Assembly (NCBI GenBank): GCA_040954595.2
Contig: CM082593.2
Location: 2,559,434-2,623,433, forward strand
Direction of reading: 5' to 3'
DNA: 64,000 nt
DNA from: Balanoglossus misakiensis
Lineage: Eukaryota; Animalia; Hemichordata
A model generated the notes under the pieces. It saw only the letters and a list, made by a program, of their open reading frames with translations. It did not search any database and was not told the DNA's origin. The position numbers and the translations under genes were made by a program. Of the stretch, positions 1 to 14,294 are shown piece by piece (positions within the stretch are counted from its first letter, which is position 1; the number at the start of each line of letters is the position of its first letter).

Positions 1-3000
1 CCATGCTTTTTGTCGAAAAACCACCAAATTTTGAAAATCCGCGAAGTCGAAAAATTGACATTTCTGGATGATTTTCATGGGCTATAACCCATGCTTTTTG
101 TCGAAAATCACCAAATTTTGAAAATCCGCGAAGTCGAAAAATTGACATTTCTGGATGATTTTCATGGGCTATAACCCATGGTTTTTGTCGAAAAACCACC
201 AAATTTTGAAAATCCGCGAAGTCGAAAAATTGACATTTCTGGATGATTTTCATGGGCTATAACCCATGGTTTTTGTCGAAAAACCACCAAAATTTTGAAA
301 ATCCGCGAAGTCGAAAAATTGACATTTCTGGATGATTTTCATGGGCTATAACCCATGGTTTTTGTCGAAAAACCACCAAATTTTGAAAATCCGCGAAGTC
401 GAAAAATTGACATTTCTGGATGATTTTCATGGGCTATAACCATGGTTTTTGTCGAAAAACCACCAAATTTTTGAAAATCCGCGAAGTCGAAAAATTGACA
501 TTTCTGGATGATTTTCATGGGCTATAACCCATGGTTTTTGTCGAAAAACCACCAAATTTTGAAAATCCGCGAAGTCGAAAAATTGACATTTCTGGATGAT
601 TTTCATGGGCTATAACCCATGGTTTTTGTCGAAAAACCACCAAATTTTGAAAATCCGCGAAGTCGAAAAATTGACATTTCTGGATGATTTTCATGGGCTA
701 TAACCCATGGTTTTTGTCGAAAAACCACCAAATTTTGAAAATCCGCGAAGTCGAAAAATTGACATTTCTGGATGATTTTCATGGGCTATAACCCATGGTT
801 TTTGTCGAAAAACCACCAAATTTTGAAAATCCGCGAAGTCGAAAAATTGACATTTCTGGATGATTTTCATGGGCTATAACCCATGGTTTTTGTCGAAAAA
901 CCACCAAATTTTGAAAATCCGCGAAGTCGAAAAATTGACATTTCTGGATGATTTTCATGGGCTATAACCCATGGTTTTTGTCGAAAAACCACCAAATTTT
1001 GAAAATCCGCGAAGTCGAAAAATTGACATTTCTGGATGATTTTCATGGGCTATAACCCATGGTTTTTGTCGAAAAACCACCAAATTTTGAAAATCCGCGA
1101 AGTCGAAAAATTGACATTTCTGGATGATTTTCATGGGCTATAACCCATGGTTTTTGTCGAAAAACCACCAAATTTTGAAAATCCGCGAAGTCGAAAAATT
1201 GACATTTCTGGATGATTTTCATGGGCTATAACCCATGGTTTTTGTCGAAAAACCACCAAATTTTGAAAATCCGCGAAGTCGAAAAATTGACATTTCTGGA
1301 TGATTTTCATGGGCTATAACCCATGGTTTTTGTCGAAAAACCACCAAATTTTGAAAATCCGCGAAGTCGAAAAATTGACATTTCTGGATGATTTTCATGG
1401 GCTATAACCCATGGTTTTTGTCGAAAAACCACCAAATTTTGAAAATCCGCGAAGTCGAAAAATTGACATTTCTGGATGATTTTCATGGGCTATACCCATG
1501 GTTTTTGTCGAAAAACCACCAAATTTTGAAAATCCGCGAAGTCGAAAATTGACATTTCTGGATGATTTTCATGGGCTATAACCCATGGTTTTTGTCGAAA
1601 AACCACCAAATTTTGAAAATCCGCGAAGTCGAAAAATTGACATTTCTGGATGATTTTCATGGGCTATAACCCATGGTTTTTGTCGAAAAACCACCAAATT
1701 TTGAAAATCCGCGAAGTCGAAAAATTGACATTTCTGGATGATTTTCATGGGCTATAACCCATGGTTTTTGTCGAAAAACCACCAAATTTTGAAAATCCGC
1801 GAAGTCGAAAAATTGACATTTCTGGATGATTTTCATGGGCTATAACCCATGGCTTTTTGTCGAAAAATCACCAAATTTTGAAAATCCGCGAAGTCGAAAA
1901 ATTGACATTTCTGGATGATTTTCATGGGCTATAACCCATGGCTTTTTGTCGAAAAACCACCAAATTTTGAAAATCCGCGAAGTCGAAAAATTGACATTTC
2001 TGGATGATTTTCATGGGCTATAACCCATGCTTTTTGTCGAAAAACCACCAAATTTTGAAAATCCGCGAAGTCGAAAAATTGACATTTCTGGATGATTTTC
2101 ATGGGCTATAACCCATGGTTTTTTGTCGAAAAAATCACCAAATTTTGAAAATCCGCGAAGTCGAAAAATTGACATTTCTGGATGATTTTCATGGGCTATA
2201 ACCCATGGTTTTTGTCGAAAAACCACCAAATTTTGAAAATCCGCGAAGTCGAAAAATTGACATTTCTGGATGATTTTCATGGGCTATAACCCATGGTTTT
2301 TGTCGAAAAACCACCAAATTTTGAAAATCCGCGAAGTCGAAAAATTGACATTTCTGGATGATTTTCATGGGCTATAACCCATGCTTTTTGTCGAAAAACC
2401 ACCAAATTTTGAAAATCCGCGAAGTCGAAAAATTGACATTTCTGGATGATTTTCATGGGCTATAACCCATGCTTTTTGTCGAAAAACCACCAAATTTTGA
2501 AAATCCGCGAAGTCGAAAAATTGACATTTCTGGATGATTTTCATGGGCTATAACCCATGCTTTTTGTCGAAAAACCACCAAATTTTGAAAATCCGCGAAG
2601 TCGAAAAATTGACATTTCTGGATGATTTTCATGGGCTATAACCCATGCTTTTTGTCGAAAAATCACCAAATTTTGAAAATCCGCGAAGTCGAAAAATTGA
2701 CATTTCTGGATGATTTTCATGGGCTATAACCCATGGTTTTTGTCGAAAACCACCAAATTTTGAAAATCCGCGAAGTCGAAAAATTGACATTTCTGGATGA
2801 TTTTCATGGGCTATAACCCATGGTTTTTGTCGAAAAACCACCAAATTTTGAAAATCCGCGAAGTCGAAAAATTGACATTTCTGGATGATTTTCATGGGCT
2901 ATAACCCATGGTTTTTGTCGAAAAACCACAAATTTTGAAAATCCGCGAAGTCGAAAAATTGACATTTCTGGATGATTTTCATGGGCTATAACCCATGGTT

Positions 3001-6000
3001 TTTGTCGAAAAACCACCAAATTTTGAAAATCCGCGAAGTCGAAAAATTGACATTTCTGGATGATTTTCATGGGCTATAACCCATGGTTTTTGTCGAAAAA
3101 CCACCAAATTTTGAAAATCCGCGAAGTCGAAAAATTGACATTTCTGGATGATTTTCATGGGCTATAACCCATGGTTTTTGTCGAAAAACCACCAAATTTT
3201 GAAAATCCGCTAAGTCGAAAAATTGACATTTCTGGATGATTTTCATGGGCTATAACCCATGGTTTTTGTCGAAAAACCACCAAATTTTGAAAATCCGCGA
3301 AGTCGAAAAATTGACATTTCTGGATGATTTTCATGGGCTATAACCCATGGTTTTTGTCGAAAAACCACCAAATTTTGAAAATCCGCGAAGTCGAAAAATT
3401 GACATTTCTGGATGATTTTCATGGGCTATAACCCATGGTTTTTGTCGAAAAACCACCAAATTTTGAAAATCCGCGAAGTCGAAAAATTGACATTTCTGGA
3501 TGATTTTCATGGGCTATAACCCATGCTTTTTGTCGAAAAACCACCAAATTTTGAAAATCCGCGAAGTCGAAAAATTGACATTTCTGGATGATTTTCATGG
3601 GCTATAACCCATGGTTTTTGTCGAAAAACCACCAAATATTTTGAAAATCCGCGAAGTCGAAAAATTGACATTTCTGGATGATTTTCATGGGCTATAACCC
3701 ATGGTTTTTGTCGAAAAACCACCAAATTTTGAAAATCCGCGAAGTCGAAAAATTGACATTTCTGGATGATTTTCATGGGCTATAACCCATGGTTTTTGTC
3801 GAAAAACCACCAAATTTTGAAAATCCGCTAAGTCGAAAAATTGACATTTCTGGATGATTTTCATGGGCTATAACCCATGCTTTTTGTCGAAAAATCACCA
3901 AATTTTGAAAATCCGCGAAGTCGAAAAATTGACATTTCTGGATGAATTCATGGCTATAACCCATGGTTTTTGTCGAAAAACCACCAAATTTTGAAAATCC
4001 GCGAAGTCGAAAAATTGACATTTCTGGATGATTTTCATGGGCTATAACCCATGGTTTTTGTCGAAAAACCACCAAATTTTGAAAATCCGCGAAGTCGAAA
4101 AATTGACATTTCTGGATGATTTTCATGGGCTATAACCCATGCTTTTTGTCGAAAAATCACCAAATTTTGAAAATCCGCGAAGTCGAAAAATTGACATTTC
4201 TGGATGATTTTCATGGGCTATAACCCATGGTTTTTGTCGAAAAACCACCAAATTTTGAAAATCCGCGAAGTCGAAAAATTGACATTTCTGGATGATTTTC
4301 ATGGGCTATAACCCATGGTTTTTGTCGAAAAACCACCAAATTTTGAAAATCCGCGAAGTCGAAAAATTGACATTTCTGGATGATTTTCATGGGCTATAAC
4401 CCATGGTTTTTGTCGAAAACCACCAAATTTTGAAAATCCGCTAAGTCGAAAAATTGACATTTCTGGATGATTTTCATGGGCTATAACCCATGCTTTTTGT
4501 CGAAAAACCAACAAATTTTGAAAATCCGCGAAGTCGAAAAATTGACATTTCTGGATGATTTTCATGGGCTATAACCCATGCTTTTTGTCGAAAAATCCAC
4601 CAAATTTTGAAAATCCGCGAAGTCGAAAAATTGACATTTCTGGATGATTTTCATGGGCTATAACCCATGCTTTTTGTCGAAAACCACCAAATTTTGAAAA
4701 TCCGCGAAGTCGAAAAATTGACATTTCTGGATGATTTTCATGGGCTATAACCCATGGTTTTTGTCGAAAAACCACCAAATTTTGAAAATCCGCGAAGTCG
4801 AAAAATTGACATTTCTGGATGATTTTCATGGGCTATAACCCATGGTTTTTGTCGAAAAACCACCAAATTTTGAAAATCCGCGAAGTCGAAAAATTGACAT
4901 TTCTGGATGATTTTCATGGGCTATAACCCATGGTTTTTGTCGAAAAACCACCAAATTTTGAAAATCCGCGAAGTCGAAAAATTGACATTTCTGGATGATT
5001 TTCATGGGCTATAACCCATGGTTTTTGTCGAAAAACCACCAAATTTTGAAAATCCGCGAAGTCGAAAAATTGACATTTCTGGATGATTTTCATGGGCTAT
5101 AACCCATGGTTTTTGTCGAAAAACCACCAAATTTTGAAAATCCGCGAAGTCGAAAAATTGACATTTCTGGATGATTTTCATGGGCTATAACCCATGGTTT
5201 TTGTCGAAAAACCACCAAATTTTGAAAATCCGCGAAGTCGAAAAATTGACATTTCTGGATGATTTTCATGGGCTATAACCCATGGTTTTTGTCGAAAAAC
5301 CACCAAATTTTGAAAATCCGCTAAGTCGAAAAATTGACATTTCTGGATGATTTTCATGGGCTATAACCCATGGTTTTTGTCGAAAAACCACCAAATTTTG
5401 AAAATCCGCGAAGTCGAAAAATTGACATTTCTGGATGATTTTCATGGGCTATAACCCATGCTTTTTGTCGAAAAACCACCAAATTTTGAAAATCCGCGAA
5501 GTCGAAAAATTGACATTTCTGGATGATTTTCATGGGATATAACCCATGCTTTTTGTCGAAAAATCACCAAATTTGAAAATCCGCGAAGTCGAAAAATTGA
5601 CATTTCTGGATGATTTTCATGGGCTATAACCCATGCTTTTTGTCGAAAAACCACCAAATTTTGAAAATCCGCGAAGTCGAAAAATTGACATTTCTGGATG
5701 ATTTTCATGGGCTATAACCCATGGTTTTTGTCGAAAAACCACCAAATTTTGAAAATCCGCGAAGTCGAAAAATTGACATTTCTGGATGATTTTCATGGGC
5801 TATAACCCATGGTTTTTGTCGAAAAATCACCAAATTTTGAAAATCCGCGAAGTCGAAAAATTGACATTTCTGGATGATTTTCATGGGCTATAACCCATGC
5901 TTTTTGTCGAAAAACCACCAAATTTTGAAAATCCGCGAAGTCGAAAAATTGACATTTCTGGATGATTTTCATGGGCTATAACCCATGCTTTTTGTCGAAA

Positions 6001-9000
6001 AACCACCAAATTTTGAAAATCCGCGAAGTCGAAAAATTGACATTTCTGGATGATTTTCATGGGCTATAACCCATGCTTTTTGTCGAAAAACACCAAATTT
6101 TGAAAATCCGCGAAGTCGAAAAATTGACATTTCTGGATGATTTTCATGGGATATAACCCATGCTTTTTGTCGAAAAATCACCAAATTTTGAAAATCCGCG
6201 AAGTCGAAAAATTGACATTTCTGGATGATTTTCATGGGCTATAACCCATGGTTTTTGTCGAAAAACCACCAAATTTTGAAAATCCGCGAAGTCGAAAAAT
6301 TGACATTTCTGGATGATTTTCATGGGCTATAACCCATGGTTTTTGTCGAAAAACCACCAAATTTTGAAAATCCGCGAAGTCGAAAATTGACATTTCTGGA
6401 TGATTTTCATGGGCTATAACCCATGCTTTTTGTCGAAAAACCACCAAATTTTGAAAATCCGCGAAGTCGAAAAATTGACATTTCTGGATGATTTTCATGG
6501 GCTATAACCCATGCTTTTTGTCGAAAAACCACCAAATTTTGAAAATCCGCGAAGTCGAAAAATTGACATTTCTGGATGATTTTCATGGGATATAACCCAT
6601 GCTTTTTGTCGAAAAATCACCAAATTTTGAAAATCCGCGAAGTCGAAAAATTGACATTTCTGGATGATTTTCATGGGCTATAACCCATGCTTTTTGTCGA
6701 AAAATCACCAAATTTTGAAAATCCGCGAAGTCGAAAAATTGACATTTCTGGATGATTTTCATGGGCTATAACCCATGGTTTTTGTCGAAAAAACCACCAA
6801 ATTTTGAAAATCCGCGAAGTCGAAAAATTGACATTTCTGGATGATTTTCATGGGCTATAACCCATGCTTTTTGTCGAAAAACCACCAAATTTTGAAAATC
6901 CGCGAAGTCGAACAATTGACATTTCTGGATGATTTTCATGGGCTATAACCCATGGTTTTTGTCGAAAAACCACCAAATTTTGAAAATCCGCGAAGTCGAA
7001 AAATTGACATTTCTGGATGATTTTCATGGGCTATAACCCATGGTTTTTGTCGAAAAACCACCAAATTTTGAAAATCCGCGAAGTCGAAAAATTGACATTT
7101 CTGGATGATTTTCATGGGCTATAACCCATGCTTTTTGTCGAAAAATCACCAAATTTTGAAAATCCGCGAAGTCGAAAAATTGACATTTCTGCATGATTTT
7201 CATGGGCTATAACCCATGCTTTTTGTCGAAAAACCACCAAATTTTGAAAATCCGCGAAGTCGAAAAATTGACATTTCTGGATGATTTTCATGGGCTATAA
7301 CCCATGGTTTTTGTCGAAAAACCACCAAATTTTGAAAATCCGCGAAGTCGAACAATTGACATTTCTGGATGATTTTCATGGGCTATAACCCATGGTTTTT
7401 GTCGAAAAACCACCAAATTTTGAAAATCCGCTAAGTCGAAAAATTGACATTTCTGGATGATTTTCATGGGCTATAACCCATGCTTTTTGTCGAAAAACCA
7501 CCAAATTTTGAAAATCCGCGAAGTCGAAAAATTGACATTTCTGGATGATTTTCATGGGCTATAACCCATGCTTTTTGTCGAAAAACCACCAAATTTTGAA
7601 AATCCGCGAAGTCGAAAATTGACATTTCTGGATGATTTTCATGGGCTATAACCCATGGTTTTTGTCGAAAAACCACCAAATTTTGAAAATCCGCGAAGTC
7701 GAAAAATTGACATTTCTGGATGATTTTCATGGGCTATAACCCATGGTTTTTGTCGAAAAACCACCAAATTTTGAAAATCCGCGAAGTCGAAAAATTGACA
7801 TTTCTGGATGATTTTCATGGGCTATAACCCATGCTTTTTGTCGAAAAATCACCAAATTTTGAAAATCCGCGAAGTCGAAAAATTGACATTTCTGGATGAT
7901 TTTCATGGGCTATAACCCATGGTTTTTGTCGAAAAACCACCAAATTTTGAAAATCCGCGAAGTCGAAAAATTGACATTTCTGGATGATTTTCATGGGCTA
8001 TAACCCATGGTTTTTGTCGAAAAACCACCAAATTTTGAAAATCCGCGAAGTCGAAAAATTGACATTTCTGGATGATTTTCATGGGCTATAACCCATGGTT
8101 TTTGTCGAAAAACCACCAAATTTTGAAAATCCGCGAAGTCGAAAAATTGACATTTCTGGATGATTTTCATGGGCTATAACCCATGGTTTTTGTCGAAAAA
8201 CCACCAAATTTTGAAAATCCGCGAAGTCGAAAAATTGACATTTCTGGATGATTTTCATGGGCTATAACCCATGGTTTTTGTCGAAAAACCACCAAATTTT
8301 GAAAATCCGCGAAGTCGAAAAATTGACATTTCTGGATGATTTTCATGGGCTATAACCCATGGTTTTTGTCGAAAAACCACCAAATTTGAAAATCCGCGAA
8401 GTCGAAAAATTGACATTTCTGGATGATTTTCATGGGCTATAACCCATGCTTTTTGTCGAAAAACCACCAAATTTTGAAAATCCGCTAAGTCGAAAAATTG
8501 ACATTTCTGGATGATTTTCATGGGCTATAACCCATGGTTTTTGTCGAAAAACCACCAAATTTTGAAAATCCGCGAAGTCGAAAAATTGACATTTCTGGAT
8601 GATTTTCATGGGCTATAACCCATGGTTTTTGTCGAAAAACCACCAAATTTTGAAAATCCGCGAAGTCGAAAAATTGACATTTCTGGATGATTTTCATGGG
8701 CTATAACCCATGGTTTTTGTCGAAAAACCACCAAATTTTGAAAATCCGCGAAGTCGAAAAATTGACATTTCTGGATGATTTTCATGGGCTATAACCCATG
8801 GTTTTTGTCGACAAACCACCAAATTTTGAAAATCCGCGAAGTCGAAAAATTGACATTTCTGGATGATTTTCATGGGCTATAACCCATGCTTTTTGTCGAA
8901 AAACCACCAAATTTTGAAAATCCGCGAAGTCGAAAAATTGACATTTCTGGATGATTTTCATGGGCTATAACCCATGGTTTTTGTCGAAAAACCACCAAAT

Positions 9001-12000
9001 TTTGAAAATCCGCGAAGTCGAAAAATTGACATTTCTGGATGATTTTCATGGGCTATAACCCATGGTTTTTGTCGAAAAACCACCAAATTTTGAAAATCCG
9101 CGAAGTCGAAAAATTGACATTTCTGGATTATTTTCATGGGCTATAACCCATGCTTTTTGTCGAAAAACCACCAAATTTTGAAAATCCGCTAAGTCGAAAA
9201 ATTGACATTTCTGGATGATTTTCATGGGCTATAACCCATGCTTTTTGTCGAAAAATCACCAAATTTTGAAAATCCGCGAAGTCGAAAAATTGACATTTCT
9301 GGATGATTTTCATGGGCTATAACCCATGCTTTTTGTCGAAAAACCACCAAATTTTGAAAATCCGCTAAGTCGAAAAATTGACATTTCTGGATGATTTTCA
9401 TGGGCTATAACCCATGCTTTTTGTCGAAAAACCACCAAATTTTGAAAATCCGCGAAGTCGAAAAATTGACATTTCTGGATGATTTTCATGGGCTATAACC
9501 CATGCTTTTTGTCGAAAAATCACCAAATTTTGAAAATCCGCGAAGTCGAAAAATTGACATTTCTGGATGATTTTCATGGGCTATAACCCATGGTTTTTGT
9601 CGAAAAACCACCAAATTTTGAAAATCCGCGAAGTCGAAAAATTGACATTTCTGGATGATTTTCATGGGCTATAACCCATGGTTTTTGTCGAAAAACCACC
9701 AAATTTTGAAAATCCGCGAAGTCGAAAAATTGACATTTCTGGATGATTTTCATGGGCTATAACCCATGGTTTTTGTCGAAAAACCACCAAATTTTGAAAA
9801 TCCGCGAAGTCGAAAAATTGACATTTCTGGATGATTTTCATGGGCTATAACCCATGGTTTTTGTCGAAAAACCACCAAATTTTGAAAATCCGCGAAGTCG
9901 AAAAATTGACATTTCTGGATGATTTTCATGGGCTATAACCCATGGTTTTTGTCGAAAAACCACCAAATTTTGAAAATCCGCGAAGTCGAAAAATTGACAT
10001 TTCTGGATGATTTTCATGGGCTATAACCCATGGTTTTTGTCGAAAAACCACCAAATTTTGAAAATCCGCGAAGTCGAAAAATTGACATTTCTGGATGATT
10101 TTCATGGGCTATAACCCATGGTTTTTGTCGAAAAACCACCAAATTTTGAAAATCCGCGAAGTCGAAAAATTGACATTTCTGGATGATTTTCATGGGCTAT
10201 AACCCATGGTTTTTGTCGAAAAACCACCAAATTTTGAAAATCCGCGAAGTCGAAAAATTGACATTTCTGGATGATTTTCATGGGCTATAACCCATGGTTT
10301 TTGTCGAAAAACCACCAAATTTTGAAAATCCACGAAGTCGAAAAATTGACATTTCTGGATGATTTTCATGGGCTATAACCCATGGTTTTTGTCGAAAAAC
10401 CACCAAATTTTGAAAATCCGCGAAGTCGAAAAATTGACATTTCTGGATGATTTTCATGGGCTATAACCCATGGTTTTTGTCGAAAAACCACCAAATTTTG
10501 AAAATCCGCGAAGTCGAAAAATTGACATTTCTGGATGATTTTCATGGGCTATAACCCATGGTTTTTGTCGAAAAACCACCAAATTTTGAAAATCCGCGAA
10601 GTCGAAAAATTGACATTTCTGGATGATTTTCATGGGCTATAACCCATGGTTTTTGTCGAAAAACCACCAAATTTTGAAAATCCGCTAAGTCGAAAAATTG
10701 ACATTTCTGGATGATTTTCATGGGCTATAACCCATGGTTTTTGTCGAAAAACCACCAAATTTTGAAAATCCGCGAAGTCGAAAAATTGACATTTCTGGAT
10801 GATTTTCATGGGCTATAACCCATGGTTTTTGTCGAAAAACCACCAAATTTTGAAAATCCGCGAAGTCGAAAAATTGACATTTCTGGATGATTTTCATGGG
10901 CTATAACCCATGCTTTTTGTCGAAAAACCACCAAATTTTGAAAATCCGCGAAGTCGAAAAATTGACATTTCTGGATGATTTTCATGGGCTATAACCCATG
11001 GTTTTTGTCGAAAAACCACCAAATTTTGAAAACCCGCGAAGTCGAAAAATTGACATTTCTGGATGATTTTCATGGGCTATAACCCATGGTTTTTGTCGAA
11101 AAACCACCAAATTTTGAAAATCCGCGAAGTCGAAAAATTGACATTTCTGGATGATTTTCATGGGCTATAACCCATGGTTTTTGTCGAAAAACCACCAAAT
11201 TTTGAAAATCCGCGAAGTCGAAAAATTGACATTTCTGGATGATTTTCATGGGCTATAACCCATGGTTTTTGTCGAAAAACCACCAAATTTTGAAAACCCG
11301 CGAAGTCGAAAAATTGACATTTCTGGATGATTTTCATGGGCTATAACCCATGGTTTTTGTCGAAAAACCACCAAATTTTGAAAATCCGCGAAGTCGAAAA
11401 ATTGACATTTCTGGATGATTTTCATGGGCTATAACCCATGGTTTTTGTCGAAAAACCACCAAATTTTGAAAATCCGCTAAGTCGAAAAATTGACATTTCT
11501 GGATGATTTTCATGGGCTATAACCCATGGTTTTTGTCGAAAAACCACCAAATTTTGAAAATCCGCGAAGTCGAAAAATTGACATTTCTGGATGATTTTCA
11601 TGGGCTATAACCCATGGTTTTTGTCGAAAAACCACCAAATTTTGAAAATCCGCGAAGTCGAAAAATTGACATTTCTGGATGATTTTCATGGGCTATAACC
11701 CATGCTTTTTGTGGAAAAATCACCAAATTTTGAAAATCCGCGAAGTCGAAAAATTGACATTTCTGGATGATTTTCATGGGCTATAACCCATGCTTTTTGT
11801 CGAAAAACCACCAAATTTTGAAAATCCGCGAAGTCGAAAAATTGACATTTCTGGATGATTTTCATGGGCTATAACCCATGGTTTTTGTGGAAAAACCACC
11901 AAATTTTGAAAATCCGCGAAGTCGAAAAATTGACATTTCTGGATGATTTTCATGGGCTATAACCCATGGTTTTTGTCGAAAAACCACCAAATTTTGAAAA

Positions 12001-14294
12001 TCCGCGAAGTCGAAAAATTGACATTTCTGGATGATTTTCATGGGCTATAACCCATGGTTTTTGTCGAAAAACCACCAAATTTTGAAAATCCGCGAAGTCG
12101 AAAAATTGACATTTCTGGATGATTTTCATGGGCTATAACCCATGGTTTTTGTCGAAAAACCACCAAATTTTGAAAATCCGCGAAGTCGAAAAATTGACAT
12201 TTCTGGATGATTTTCATGGGCTATAACCCATGGTTTTGTCGAAAAACCACCAAATTTTGAAAATCCACGAAGTCGAAAAATTGACATTTCTGGATGATTT
12301 TCATGGGCTATAACCCATGGTTTTTGTCGAAAAACCACCAAATTTTGAAAATCCGCGAAGTCGAAAAATTGACATTTCTGGATGATTTTCATGGGCTATA
12401 ACCCATGGTTTTTGTCGAAAAACCACCAAATTTTGAAAATCCGCGAAGTCGAAAAATTGACATTTCTGGATGATTTTCATGGGCTATAACCCATGGTTTT
12501 TGTCGAAAAACCACCAAATTTTGAAAATCCGCGAAGTCGAAAAATTGACATTTCTGGATGATTTTCATGGGCTATAACCCATGGTTTTTGTCGAAAAACC
12601 ACCAAATTTTGAAAATCCGCTAAGTCGAAAAATTGACATTTCTGGATGATTTTCATGGGCTATAACCCATGGTTTTTGTCGAAAAACCACCAAATTTTGA
12701 AAATCCGCGAAGTCGAAAAATTGACATTTCTGGATGATTTTCATGGGCTATAACCCATGGTTTTTGTCGAAAAACCACCAAATTTTGAAAATCCGCGAAG
12801 TCGAAAAATTGACATTTCTGGATGATTTTCATGGGCTATAACCCATGGTTTTTGTCGAAAAACCACCAAATTTTGAAAATCCGCTAAGTCGAAAAATTGA
12901 CATTTCTGGATGATTTTCATGGGCTATAACCCATGGTTTTTGTCGAAAAACCACCAAATTTTGAAAATCCGCGAAGTCGAAAAATTGACATTTCTGGATG
13001 ATTTTCATGGGCTATAACCCATGCTTTTTGTCGAAAAACCACCAAATTTTGAAAATCCGCGAAGTCGAAAAATTGACATTTCTGGATGATTTTCATGGGC
13101 TATAACCCATGGTTTTTGTCGAAAAACCACCAAATTTTGAAAATCCGCGAAGTCGAAAAATTGACATTTCTGGATGATTTTCATGGGCTATAACCCATGC
13201 TTTTTGTTGAAAAATCACCAAATTTTGAAAATCCGCGAAGTCGAAAAATTGACATTTCTGGATGATTTTCATGGGCTATAACCCATGGTTTTTGTCGAAA
13301 AACCACCAAATTTTGAAAATCCGCGAAGTCGAAAAATTGACATTTCTGGATGATTTTCATGGGCTATAACCCATGGTTTTTGTCGAAAAACCACCAAATT
13401 TTGAAAATCCGCGAAGTCGAAAAATTGACATTTCTGGATGATTTTCATGGGCTATAACCCATGGTTTTTGTCGAAAAACCACCAAATTTTGAAAATCCGC
13501 GAAGTCGAAAAATTGACATTTCTGGATGATTTTCATGGGCTATAACCCATGCTTTTTGTCGAAAAACCACCAAATTTTGAAAATCCGCGAAGTCGAAAAA
13601 TTGACATTTCTGGATGATTTTCATGGGCTATAACCCATGCTTTTTGTCGAAAAACCACCAAATTTTGAAAATCCGCGAAGTCGAAAAATTGACATTTCTG
13701 GATGATTTTCATGGGCTATAACCCATGCTTTTTGTCGAAAAACCACCAAATTTTGAAAATCCGCGAAGTCGAAAAATTGACATTTCTGGATGATTTTCAT
13801 GGGCTATAACCCATGCTTTTTGTCGGAAAACCACCAAATTTTGAAAATCCGCGAAGTCGAAAAATTGACATTTCTGGATGATTTTCATGGGCTATAACCC
13901 ATGCTTTTTGTCGAAAAACCACCAAATTTTGAAAATCCGCGAAGTCGAAAAATTGACATTTCTGGATGATTTTCATGGGCTATAACCCATGCTTTTTGTC
14001 GAAAAACCACCAAATTTTGAAAATCCGCGAAGTCGAAAAATTGACATTTCTGGATGATTTTCATGGGCTATAACCCATGCTTTTTGTCGAAAAACCACCA
14101 AATTTTGAAAATCCGCGAAGTCGAAAAATTGACATTTCTGGATGATTTTCATGGGCTATAACCCATGCTTTTTGTCGAAAAACCTCCAAATTTTGAAAAT
14201 CCGCGAAGTCGAAAAATTGACATTTCTGGATGATTTTCATGGGCTATAACCCATGGTTTTTGTCGAAAAACCACCCAATTTTGAAAATCCGCGA
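1..14294 (+). repeat. 88-bp tandem satellite, left arm (~162 monomers; probably continues upstream of the window)
   Basis: Monomer ccatg(g/c)tttttgtcgaaaaaccaccaaattttgaaaatccgcgaagtcgaaaaattgacatttctggatgattttcatgggctataac is repeated head-to-tail. Recurrent SNP variants are atgg/atgc, aacca/aatca and gcga/gcta. Confidence 0.99.
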
